Positions 37,636-48,441 of a stretch of DNA of 64,000 nucleotides are shown piece by piece (positions within the stretch are counted from its first letter, which is position 1; every line of letters starts with the position of its first letter). The translations under genes were made by a program, and so were the position numbers. The notes under the pieces are model-generated. The model saw nothing but the letters and a program-made list of their open reading frames with translations. It had not been told where the DNA came from and did no database searches. Location: NCBI GenBank assembly GCA_963842265.1, contig CAWJGE010000010.1:114673-178672 (forward strand), given 5' to 3'. The stretch is from an uncultured Actinomycetota bacterium (GTDB lineage Bacteria > Actinomycetota > Actinomycetes > Streptosporangiales > Streptosporangiaceae).

Positions 37636-39399
37636 ATGGCCACGGTCATTCCCGTCGACGAGTTCATCACCGATGAGTGGTATCCGGGATTCAAGCCGGG
37701 TTACACCCACGCGCCGTGGTACGTCAACCCGGTCCAGACCTTCCGCAAGGAAGACGAGGAGAACTTCTGGTTCCTGGACTTCCACTGGCCGCGCGGCCTC
37801 ACCCCGATGGGGCTGATCTGGAACGAGGACGGCTACAACTGGTCCTCCCAGCTGGCGGCCGAGCAGATGCCGCTGCCGCCCGGCCGGGGGATCACCTGCC
37901 GCCTCGGCGGCACGCACACCTACGGCTCGCCGCTGCCGGTGACCGACGTGCGGGAGATCGGCCAGCGGGCCAGGCGGCTGGAGCGCGCCCTGCCGCCGTT
38001 CCTGCAGAACTTCGACACGATCTGGGGTGACATGCGGGAGGAGGTCAACGAGAGCTGGGACTACTTCCGCAACGTGGACCTGTCCAAGCTGTCGCTCGAA
38101 GACCTGCGGGAGAACCTCATCCAGGCCCGTCAGTACCACAAGCGCGCCTTCGAGATCCACTTCCAGGTGATGTACCCGCTGCTGGCGAACTATGTCGGTT
38201 TCTACAGCATGTGCACCGAACTCGGCCTGGACCCCGGGCAGATCGGTAAGTTCCTGCAGGGCTACGACACCAAGATCATGGAGACCGACCGGGAGCTGTG
38301 GCGGCTGACCACCGCGGCCCGCGCGGCCGGTCTTGAGCCGGCCTTCGCCGCGCACGAGGCCGACGGGATACGGGCCGCGCTGGCCGCCCAGGGCGGCCCG
38401 GCCGGCACCTGGCTGACCAAGTTCGACGACTTCCTCCAGGTCTACGGCTGGCGCACCGAAGGATCCTGCGACATCGCACTGCCGAGCTGGATCGAGGACC
38501 CGACCCCGGCCCTCGGGACGATCAAGACGTTCCTGCTGAAGGACACCGACCACGACTTCGAGGCGGCCAGGAACGCGGCCGTCGAGGAGCGCGAGGCGGC
38601 CGTCGACGCGGCCCGGTCCACCCTCACCCTGGAGGAGCAGAAGCTCTTCGACGGCGGCCTGGCCTCCTGCCGGGCGGCGAACTTCCCGTGGTGGCAGGAC
38701 GACCACAACTACTACATCGACCTGCGCATCTCGCTGCCGATGCGGTGGGCCTGCCAGGCCATCGCGGACCGGGTCGGCGCCGACCACCAGGACGACACGC
38801 TCTACCTGTTCTGGGAAGAGATCATGGACGTCTCGGCAGGGCGCAAACCCTACGCGGGGTTCCGCAGCCTGATCGAGCAGCGCAAGCAGTACTTCGACTA
38901 CTGGCTGGAGCGGCGGCCCTCGCTGCCCAAGGTGGTCGGCACCATCCCCGAGTCGGTCAACGACCCGATCCTGATCGAGATCTTCGGGCTGAACAGCCAC
39001 TTCCTGCGGGCGGTGGAAGCCGTCAGCTCCGGCGGGCAGGTCAAGACGCTGACCGGCGTGCCCGCCTCCAAGGGCACCGGCCGGGGGACCGCCCGGGTCC
39101 TGCATAACGCCGACGAGCTGCACCGGCTCAGCCCCGGCGAGGTGCTGGTCTGCGAGTCCACCTCGCCGAACTGGACCCCGGCGTTCGCCAAGATCGCCGC
39201 CTGCGTGTGCGACGGCGGCGGCACCTTGTCGCACGCGGCCATCGTCGGGCGCGAGTACGGCGTGCCCACGGTGACCGCGGTTGGCCTGGCCACTATGGTC
39301 ATCGCGGACGGGGACGAGGTCGAGGTGGACGGCACCACCGGCCGGGTCACCGTGCTCAAGCAGGCCGTGGCCGATCAGGCTGCGGCCGGGCAGGGCTGA
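37636..39399 (+). CDS. PEP-utilising-enzyme family protein carrying the swivel phospho-His domain (phenylphosphate synthase PpsA-like)
   Basis: C-terminal VCESTSPNWTPAFAKIAACVCDGGGTLSHAAIVGREYGVPTV. The large N-terminal domain is of unknown specificity. Confidence 0.7.
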   Translation: MATVIPVDEFITDEWYPGFKPGYTHAPWYVNPVQTFRKEDEENFWFLDFHWPRGLTPMGLIWNEDGYNWSSQLAAEQMPLPPGRGITCRLGGTHTYGSPLPVTDVREIGQRARRLERALPPFLQNFDTIWGDMREEVNESWDYFRNVDLSKLSLEDLRENLIQARQYHKRAFEIHFQVMYPLLANYVGFYSMCTELGLDPGQIGKFLQGYDTKIMETDRELWRLTTAARAAGLEPAFAAHEADGIRAALAAQGGPAGTWLTKFDDFLQVYGWRTEGSCDIALPSWIEDPTPALGTIKTFLLKDTDHDFEAARNAAVEEREAAVDAARSTLTLEEQKLFDGGLASCRAANFPWWQDDHNYYIDLRISLPMRWACQAIADRVGADHQDDTLYLFWEEIMDVSAGRKPYAGFRSLIEQRKQYFDYWLERRPSLPKVVGTIPESVNDPILIEIFGLNSHFLRAVEAVSSGGQVKTLTGVPASKGTGRGTARVLHNADELHRLSPGEVLVCESTSPNWTPAFAKIAACVCDGGGTLSHAAIVGREYGVPTVTAVGLATMVIADGDEVEVDGTTGRVTVLKQAVADQAAAGQG

Positions 39400-39403
39400 G
39401 CTG

Positions 39404-40462
39404 GTGCCGGACGTCATCGCCTGGGTGGACGAGATCGCCCCGGAGCAGGCCGTCGGTGCCTGCGGGGCCAAGATGGGCCGGCTCGCCGAACTGCTCCGGG
39501 CAGGCGTGAACGTGCCCAAGGGGTTCACCGTCACGGTCGAGGCGTACCGGCAGCACGAGGCCCTGGCAGGCCTGGACGAGGTGGTCGACGCCGTGATCGG
39601 CGGGCTTGGCCCGGACGCCGGGCCCGCCGAGGTCGAGGCGGCCGCGCAGGCCGTCCGCGCCGAACTGGCCGGCCGGGACATCGGCGCGGACCTGGCCACG
39701 CTGATCGGCGACGCCTACGAGGAGCTGAGCTCGCGCTGCTTCGAGATCAACGTCCCGACCGCGGTGCGCAGCTCGGCCAGCGGCGAGGACTCGGGCACGG
39801 CCAGCTTCGCCGGGATCTTCGACACCTACCTCGGGGTGTCCGGCCCGGACCGCGTGCTCGAGGCGGTCCGCCAGTGCTGGGCCAGCCTGTTCAACGCGCG
39901 CGCGGTGGCCTACCGACTGCGGGCAGGCACGCACCACGGTGAAATGCCGATGGCGGTCGGCGTGATCGAACTGATCCACGCCCGGGCCTCCGGGGTGGCG
40001 TTCTCCGCCCACCCGGTCACCGGCAAGACAGACCGCATCGTCATCGAGACCAGCTGGGGCTGGGGCGAGGCGGTGGTGCAAGGCCTGGTCACGCCGGACC
40101 ACATCGAGGTCGGCAAGGCCGATCAGCGCGTCCTGCGATACCAGGTGGCGGCCAAGAAGGTGGTGTCCAACTTCGACTACGCCGTCGGCCGCGTGATCGA
40201 GACCGCCATGCCGGCCCGCCTGATCGACCGCCGGGTGCTCGACGAGGAGCAGATCGCCGCCGTGGTCGACGCGGTGCTGGCCGTCGAGCGGCAATACGGC
40301 TACCCGGTCGACGTGGAGTGGGTCCTGGACCGCCACCGCCGCGAGGGCGAGCCGGTCTGCGTCGTCCAGGCCCGCCCGGTCACCGTCACCGCCCCCCAGA
40401 CGGCCGCCCCGGCCGAATGGAACCCCGCTGCCATGGCCGCGAAATACGTCTTCGGGACGTAG
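39404..40462 (+). CDS. PPDK_N-type ATP-grasp nucleotide-binding subunit (phenylphosphate synthase PpsB-like)
   Basis: GAKMGRLAELLRAGVNVPKGFTV...VRSSASGEDSGTASFAGIFDTYLGV...CWASLFNARAVAYR. GTG at 39404, 4 nt after the upstream stop. Confidence 0.7.
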   Translation: MPDVIAWVDEIAPEQAVGACGAKMGRLAELLRAGVNVPKGFTVTVEAYRQHEALAGLDEVVDAVIGGLGPDAGPAEVEAAAQAVRAELAGRDIGADLATLIGDAYEELSSRCFEINVPTAVRSSASGEDSGTASFAGIFDTYLGVSGPDRVLEAVRQCWASLFNARAVAYRLRAGTHHGEMPMAVGVIELIHARASGVAFSAHPVTGKTDRIVIETSWGWGEAVVQGLVTPDHIEVGKADQRVLRYQVAAKKVVSNFDYAVGRVIETAMPARLIDRRVLDEEQIAAVVDAVLAVERQYGYPVDVEWVLDRHRREGEPVCVVQARPVTVTAPQTAAPAEWNPAAMAAKYVFGT

Positions 40463-40472
40463 CACACTGCGG

Positions 40473-41102
40473 TCAGGACTGACGCTGCGGAGCTAGCCTG
40501 GCCAGCTGCTGGGAGGAGATGGGGGCCGCGCTGCTGAGCGGCCCGGCGGCTCGCATGCCGGCCAGCTGGATGTCGAGGAATCGCCGCCAGGCGTCGGGAG
40601 CGACCTCCCCGGTGGCCTGCACCAGCCCGCGCATGGCCATGACGAGCGCCATGACGTCGCCGGCGGTGATGCCCGGGTTCACCGTGCCTGCCGCTATGGC
40701 GCGCGCGGTGAGCTCGTCGATTGCCGCCCGTATCCGGTGTCCGGTGGCGTCGTCGGTGTGGCGCGCTAGGAGCAGGCTCGCGTAACGGGCATGGTCGGCG
40801 AAGGACTGGCCGAGGGCGCGCAGCAGCTCCTCGAGGCCGTATCCGTCGGCACGCGCCAGTGCCCGTTCGGTGGACGACAGAACCTCCTCGAGGGCCAACT
40901 GCAGCAGCTCATCGATCAGCGCGTCCTTGCTGGCGAACCGGCGGTACACGGTGCCGACGCCCACCCCGGCCCGCGCGGCGATCTCCTCCATATACGCGTC
41001 GGCCCCGGACTCGCCGAGCACCTCGCGCGCGGCCTCGAGGATGCGGTGATAGTTCCTTACGGCGTCGCGCCGCGCCGCCGGGATCCGGGTCGCGGTCACC
41101 AA
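40473..41102 (-). CDS. TetR-family transcriptional regulator
   Basis: ILEAAREVLGESGADAYMEEIAARAGVGVGTVYRRFASKDALI. Confidence 0.85.
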   Translation of the reverse strand: MVTATRIPAARRDAVRNYHRILEAAREVLGESGADAYMEEIAARAGVGVGTVYRRFASKDALIDELLQLALEEVLSSTERALARADGYGLEELLRALGQSFADHARYASLLLARHTDDATGHRIRAAIDELTARAIAAGTVNPGITAGDVMALVMAMRGLVQATGEVAPDAWRRFLDIQLAGMRAAGPLSSAAPISSQQLARLAPQRQS

Positions 41103-41149
41103 GCCTCCCGGAGGAAGCCCTGGTCTTCAGGCCGGGGAGGAATCCGGTG

Positions 41150-42480
41150 CCCCGCGCAGTGGGGCAGGAAAACGCAGCCCCCCGTACGGCGCGGCTCCCG
41201 CAGTTTTTCGATCACATGTGCGATCATTTCAGGGTGAGGACGGCATACAAGTGCAGGGCCCACCCCGACCAGGCGCAGCAGCAGGTGCTGGCGCGCACGT
41301 TCGGCTGCGTCCGGGTGGTATGGAACCGCACCCTGGCCGCCCGCCGTGCCCGCTGGTACCTGGTGGGCAAAGGCACGTCGTATGCGGAGTCCGACCGGGC
41401 GCTGACCGCGATGAAAAAGGACCCGGACCTTGCGTTCCTGAACGAGGTGTCCTGCGTGCCATTGCAGCAGGCGCTGCGGCACCAGCGTCAGGCATACTCT
41501 GCGTTCTTCGCCAGGCGCGCCCGCTACCCGCGGTTCAAGTCCCGCCGGTCCCGGCAATCCGCGCACTATACCCGCAGCGCGTTCACAATGCGCGGCGGCC
41601 AGCTGCGGCTGGCCAAGATGGCTGCTCCTATCCGGTTCGTGTGGTCCTGGCCGGATGTGGATGTGAGCACGCTGGACCCGGCGATGGTGATCGTTTCGCG
41701 GGAGCCCGGCGGACGCTGGTACGTGACCTTCGCCATCGACACGAATGCCCCGCAGCCCCTGGAGGAAACCGGGCACGCGGTCGGCATCGACCTCGGCGTG
41801 ACGCACTTCGCCGCCACCAGCGACGGGGACAAAATCGCCAACCCGAGACACTTGGAGCGCAAGGCGAGGAAGCTGGCACGCTTCCAGCGGCGGATGGCCC
41901 GCTGCCGGAAAGGGTCCGCCAACCAGCGCAAAGCGGCGGCGAAGGTGGCCCGCGCCCACCGGAAGGTCCGCAATGCGCGGTCCGACTTCCTGCATCGCGC
42001 CAGCACCCGCCTGGTCCGCGAGCACGACGTGATCGTGATCGAAGACCTCAACGTCTCCGGTATGGTCCGCAACCGGCATATGGCACGCGTGATCTCCGAC
42101 TGCGGGTGGGGCGAGTTCCGTCGGCAGCTGGCGTACAAATGCGAGCGGTACGGCCGCCGCCTGGTCATCATCGACCGCTGGTACCCCTCCAGCAAGACCT
42201 GCTCGGCGTGCGGGCACCTGCTCGCGGACCTGAGCCTGTCCACCACCAGCGATTGCAACAGCGCGAACGCCGCCACGCCCAGGGACAACACCGCGAACGT
42301 CACCTGATAATGCGCGCGCTGCCTGCCTACGGTCACGAAGACCTCCCCGAAACGGAACCCTGCTTCCGGTACGGAGTCTAACAGAACCGGAATCTCCATT
42401 CCGGAGTCCGGCCGGGAGCTGTGCCAGCTCTGCAAGTAGTGCCGTCGGGCACACGCCGTCGGGACTTTCGGCCCTGGGCC
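41150..42480 (+). mobile_element. Putative IS1341/IS605-type element (ends not defined)
   Basis: Solo tnpB. The downstream 42300-42480 segment holds several short hairpins (CCGGAAT-CTCC-ATTCCGG, GAGCTG-TGC-CAGCTC) and a direct repeat GCCGTCGGG, as expected for a right end / omega-RNA scaffold. The boundaries are guesses. Confidence 0.35.
41234..42307 (+). CDS. tnpB: IS200/IS605-family TnpB (OrfB) RNA-guided-nuclease-type protein, no adjacent tnpA; C-terminus looks degenerate
   Basis: RTAYKCRAHPDQAQQQVLARTFG..., GIDLGVTHFA (RuvC-I), VIVIEDLNV (RuvC-II), SSKTCSACGH (Zn finger). The ORF ends ...PRDNTANVT then TGA-TAA. The first 170 aa of track ORF 40721-42307 are antisense to TetR. Confidence 0.8.
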   Translation: MRTAYKCRAHPDQAQQQVLARTFGCVRVVWNRTLAARRARWYLVGKGTSYAESDRALTAMKKDPDLAFLNEVSCVPLQQALRHQRQAYSAFFARRARYPRFKSRRSRQSAHYTRSAFTMRGGQLRLAKMAAPIRFVWSWPDVDVSTLDPAMVIVSREPGGRWYVTFAIDTNAPQPLEETGHAVGIDLGVTHFAATSDGDKIANPRHLERKARKLARFQRRMARCRKGSANQRKAAAKVARAHRKVRNARSDFLHRASTRLVREHDVIVIEDLNVSGMVRNRHMARVISDCGWGEFRRQLAYKCERYGRRLVIIDRWYPSSKTCSACGHLLADLSLSTTSDCNSANAATPRDNTANVT

Positions 42481-42675
42481 GGGTCAGGCCACGGTCTGAT
42501 GGTGAGGCAAATAAGGCTGGTTATCGCCATCGCGTAGAGGCCAGTTTTAGCCGCAGCGCATCACCCGGCCAGCGCCCACCCGGGCCCGGGTGGGCGTGGT
42601 CCGGGTCCCGGGCGGCCCGGTCGTTGCTGTCTGACTCGCGCGTTTGGTCATGATGACGGCCGGAAAGGAGCCAAG

Positions 42676-43158
42676 GTGCCCGGCCTGCGCGACTACCTCG
42701 ATCGTTTCCGCCCGGCTGGCGCGCCTGGGGCGGGGGGTACCGGGGTGCCCGCGGATCGTTCCCGTGAGCTCGAGACCGAGCTCACCACGGTGCTCGCGCT
42801 CCTGGATGGCGTGCACGCCGAGTGTGCGGGTGTGGTCGCGCAGGCCCGCCGGGATGCCGAGCGGATTGTGGCAGCGGCCCACGACGAGGCTGCGGCGGTG
42901 GCCGACGGCGCGGACCGGCGCGCCCGCGCCGCGCGCGACGAGGCTGCGCGGGAGGTGCTGGACGCGGCGCGGGCCGAGGCCGTCGGCACCGTGGCTGGCG
43001 CCGACCAGCAGGCCTTGCGAGTACGCGACCGCGCCTGGCAGCGCATCCCGGCGCTGGCGAGCAGGGCTGTCGGCCTTGTCCGCGGCCTGGGGGCCGAGCC
43101 GGGCGCGTCTGCGGCCGACCGGCCAGATCTGCCGGGACTTCCCGGGTGGCCGCCGTGA
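42676..43158 (+). CDS. A/V-type ATPase peripheral-stalk subunit (G/H/E-like, tentative)
   Basis: Ala/Arg/Glu-rich coiled-coil 160-aa protein. It is the first gene of the ATPase operon; GGAAAGGAG lies upstream of the GTG. Confidence 0.5.
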   Translation: MPGLRDYLDRFRPAGAPGAGGTGVPADRSRELETELTTVLALLDGVHAECAGVVAQARRDAERIVAAAHDEAAAVADGADRRARAARDEAAREVLDAARAEAVGTVAGADQQALRVRDRAWQRIPALASRAVGLVRGLGAEPGASAADRPDLPGLPGWPP

Positions 43159-44064
43159 GCGGCGGATGGGTCGCGGGCAGCGTCCGGGCCAAGGCGATGG
43201 TCCGTCGCTGTATCGGGGCTGGCGCGGCGAGGGAGCTGGCGGCGTGCGGCTCGCTGCGGGAGGCGCTGCAGGCGCTGGCGGCTACGCCGTATGGCCGGGA
43301 GAGGCTGCCTGGGCTGACGCTCTCCGCAGCGCAGCACGGAATCGCCGACGTGATCCTGTGGGACCTGCGAGTGCTGGCTGGCTGGCTGCCGGGTGACGGC
43401 GTTCGGCTGCTGCGCGCGCTAGCCGGCTGGTTCGAGCTGGCGAACGTCGAGGAACTGCTGGAGGCGATGGCGGGCCGCCCGGCCGAGGCCGAGTTCGCGC
43501 TCGGCGCGCTGGCCACAGCGTGGCCGCGGCTGCGCCAGGCGGCCAGCCCCGCCGGACTGCGGGCGGTGCTAGCCGCCTCGGCCTGGGGCGACCCTGGCGG
43601 GGAGACCGCGGAGGCGGTGCTGCTGGGGATGCGCTCCCGATGGGCGGTACGCGTCGCGGCGATTGGCGACCCGGCGCGTAGCTGGGCCGCGGGCGCCGAG
43701 GCATTGCTGCTGGCCGGGCAGCGGTTCGCGCCGGAGCGCGAGGCCCGTGACGTCGGCACCGGCGGGGCGCCCGGCATGCTCGGTGCCGCCGCGGCCGGGG
43801 TGGTCACGCTCGATGAGCTGGGCCGTAGGCTCCCGGCCCAGGCGCGGTGGGTCCTTGCCGGGATCAGCTCGCCGGACGACCTGTGGCGGGCCGAGGCAGC
43901 CTGGTGGGCGACGGTCGAGCGGGACGGGTTCCGGCTGCTGCGGACCTCCGGCCTGGACAGCGGGTCCGTCCTCGGCGCCGTGGCCGTGATGGCGGCCGAC
44001 GCCTGGCGGGTCCGCGCCGCGCTGGAGATCGCCGCTCGCGGCGGCGGGCCGCTGGAGGCTTACG

Positions 44065-44078
<14 letters not shown>
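43155..44078 (+). CDS. atpC: A/V-type ATPase subunit C (eukaryotic d-like)
   Basis: About 307 aa, helical, GTGA-coupled to the previous gene. Assigned by position and size within the operon. Confidence 0.65.
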
Positions 44079-45938
<1,860 letters not shown>

Positions 45939-45944
45939 GCGGCC

Positions 45945-46166
45945 ATGTCCAGGGCAGCTGTCATCGGCGAGGCGGTACGGGTCCAGGGCTACGCCATGGC
46001 CGGTGCGGTCGTATACCCGGCCGAGGACGCCGACCAGGCACGCGCGGCGTGGCGCTCGCTGCCGCCCGACATCGCCGTTGTGGTGCTCACTGCCCAGGCT
46101 GCGGCCTGGCTCGGTGAAGCGCCGCAGCGGCGCGACGGCGTCCTGCCGGTGGTGATGTCGCCATGA
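45945..46166 (+). CDS. atpF: A/V-type ATPase subunit F
   Basis: 73 aa. AVIGEAVRVQGYAMAG...IAVVVLT is typical of subunit F. Confidence 0.7.
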   Translation: MSRAAVIGEAVRVQGYAMAGAVVYPAEDADQARAAWRSLPPDIAVVVLTAQAAAWLGEAPQRRDGVLPVVMSP

Positions 46167-46681
46167 CCGCCGCTGCGGCGGCGGCCGAGCTCGCGCCGAC
46201 CCGAGCCCGCATGCTGCGCGACGCCGCGGACCAGGTGACCCGGATTCTCGCGGACGCGCGGCGCGAGGCGGACGGGATCGCCGCGCAGGCGCGCCAGGAA
46301 GCGGAGCGGAGCGTGTTGCTGGCGCGGGCGGCGGGCCTTGCGCAGGCTGCGGCGCAGGCCGCAGCAGTGCGGCGGCGGGCCCGAAGTGATGCCCGGTCGG
46401 CGCTGCTTGGTGCCCAGCGCGAGGCCTACGATGAGCTGCGCGCCCGGATTCGCGTGGCCGTGGACGGGCTGCGGAGCGAGCCCGGATATGACCGGCTGCT
46501 CGAGGCGCTCGCCCGGATGGCCCAGGTGGAGGCGGGCCCCGACGCGACGGTTAGCGCGTCTGCCGACGGCGGTGTCGTGGCCCGCTCTCCCGGCGTGCTC
46601 GTGGAATGCTCGCTGGCCCGGCTCGCCGACCTGGCCGTCGAGGCGCTGGACGGGGAGGTGCAGGAGCTGTGGGCGCCATGA
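46163..46681 (+). CDS. atpE: A/V-type ATPase subunit E
   Basis: 172 aa. N-terminal coiled coil (ILADARREADGIAAQARQEAER) plus a globular C-domain. Confidence 0.7.
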   Translation: MTAAAAAAELAPTRARMLRDAADQVTRILADARREADGIAAQARQEAERSVLLARAAGLAQAAAQAAAVRRRARSDARSALLGAQREAYDELRARIRVAVDGLRSEPGYDRLLEALARMAQVEAGPDATVSASADGGVVARSPGVLVECSLARLADLAVEALDGEVQELWAP

Positions 46682-48441
46682 CTGCGGCGGCGCGAGTGGC
46701 CCGGGTGAACGGGCCGCTCGTCGAGGTAGAAGGGCTGGCGGGGGCGGCGATGTCCAACCTCGTCGAGCTCGGTGAGCGCGGGCTGCCGGGCGAGGTGGTC
46801 GCCATCCGCGGCGACGTTACGACGATCCAGGCCTACGAGTACACCGGGGGCCTAGCGCCCGGCGAACCGGCCCGGTCCCTGGGCGTGCCGCTGTCGGCCC
46901 AGCTCGGCCCGCACCTGCTCGGCGGCATCTTCGATGGCCTGCTGCGGCCGCTGACCGGGGCTCCCACCTGGCTGGAGCCTGGGCGGTCGCGAGAGTCCGC
47001 GACGGGCCGGGAGTTCGGGTTCACCCCCGAGGTGGCTGAGGGCGCGGCTGTCGGCGACGGCACCTGCCTGGGATCGGTGGCCATGGCCGGCGGGATCGGG
47101 TACCGGGTCCTCGCGCCGCCCGGGCTAAGCGGGACCGTCGAGGAGGCGCGGCCGGCCGGGCTGGTCGACGGCGACTCGGTGATCGCGGTCGTGTCCGGCG
47201 TCGCCGTGCGGCTGGTCTCCGACTGGCCGATCCGGCGGCCGAGGCCGTACCAGCGGCGGCTAGAGGGAGGCGACGGGTCCGCGCCGCTGCTCACCGGGCA
47301 GCGCGTGGTCGACGTGCTGTTCCCGGTCACCAGGGGCGGCGCCGCCGCGGTGCCCGGCGGGTTCGGAACCGGCAAGACCGTGCTGCTGCAGCAGATCGCG
47401 AAGTGGGGTGACGCGGACGTGATCGTCTACGTCGGCTGCGGGGAGCGTGGCAACGAGCTGGCCGACCTGCTGGCTGAGCTGACCGAGCTGACCGATCCGC
47501 GGTCCGGCGGGCGCCTGGCCGAGCGGACCGTGGTCATCGCCAACACCTCCAACATGCCGATGATGGCGCGCGAGGCCAGCATCTACAGCGGGGCCACGGT
47601 CGCCGAGTACTTCCGCGACATGGGGCTGGACACCGTCGTGGTGGCCGACTCGACGTCGCGGTGGGCGGAGGCGCTGCGCGAGTTCGCCTCGCGCAGCGGC
47701 GAGCTTCCCGCCGAGGAGGGCTACCCGGCCAGCCTCTCCTCGGCCCTGGCCGCGTTCTACGAGCGCGCCGGCCGGGTGATCACCAGCGAGGGCCGCGAGG
47801 GCTCGGTCACCATCATCGGCGCGGTCTCCCCGGCGGGCGGCGACCTGACCGAGCCGGTCACCACGTACACGCAGCGGTTCGTCCGGTGCCTGTGGTCCCT
47901 GGACCGCGACCTCGCCTACGCCCGGCACTACCCGGCAGTCTCCTGGTCCGGATCGTTCTCTCGCGACGTCGACGCCGTCGCCACCTGGCATGCCGGCAGC
48001 GGCGATCCCGCCTGGGCGGACCGCAGGGGCCGGCTGGCCGCCGTGCTCGCGGACTCCGACCGGCTCAGCTCGCTAGCCGAACTGCTGGGCGTCACCGCCC
48101 TGCCGCCCGCCGAGCGGGTCACCATCCTGGCCGGACGGTTGATCCGGGAAGGCGTCCTGCAGCAGAACGCGCTGAGCCCGGTAGACGCATACTGCGACGC
48201 CGCCCGGGCGGCCGCACTGGCGAGCGCGGTGCTGGCGGTGGCGGACCGCTGCCAGGCCCTGGTCGACCGGGGTGTTCCCGCCGCCGTGATCGAGGAGGAG
48301 GACTTCTCCCCGGTCCTGCGCGCCCGGGAGGACGCCGCCACGGCGGACGCGGTCGCCGAGTGTGAGCACGCTATGCTCGCCCGGCTCGATGACCTGGGCC
48401 GCCAGGAGGAGCGGACACGCGAGGAAGGCGGGGTCGGGTGA
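46678..48441 (+). CDS. atpA: A/V-type ATPase catalytic subunit A
   Basis: VNGPLVEVEGL..., Walker A PGGFGTGKTVLLQQIAKW, GCGERGNE. The ATG at 46678 overlaps the upstream stop. Confidence 0.9.
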   Translation: MTAAARVARVNGPLVEVEGLAGAAMSNLVELGERGLPGEVVAIRGDVTTIQAYEYTGGLAPGEPARSLGVPLSAQLGPHLLGGIFDGLLRPLTGAPTWLEPGRSRESATGREFGFTPEVAEGAAVGDGTCLGSVAMAGGIGYRVLAPPGLSGTVEEARPAGLVDGDSVIAVVSGVAVRLVSDWPIRRPRPYQRRLEGGDGSAPLLTGQRVVDVLFPVTRGGAAAVPGGFGTGKTVLLQQIAKWGDADVIVYVGCGERGNELADLLAELTELTDPRSGGRLAERTVVIANTSNMPMMAREASIYSGATVAEYFRDMGLDTVVVADSTSRWAEALREFASRSGELPAEEGYPASLSSALAAFYERAGRVITSEGREGSVTIIGAVSPAGGDLTEPVTTYTQRFVRCLWSLDRDLAYARHYPAVSWSGSFSRDVDAVATWHAGSGDPAWADRRGRLAAVLADSDRLSSLAELLGVTALPPAERVTILAGRLIREGVLQQNALSPVDAYCDAARAAALASAVLAVADRCQALVDRGVPAAVIEEEDFSPVLRAREDAATADAVAECEHAMLARLDDLGRQEERTREEGGVG

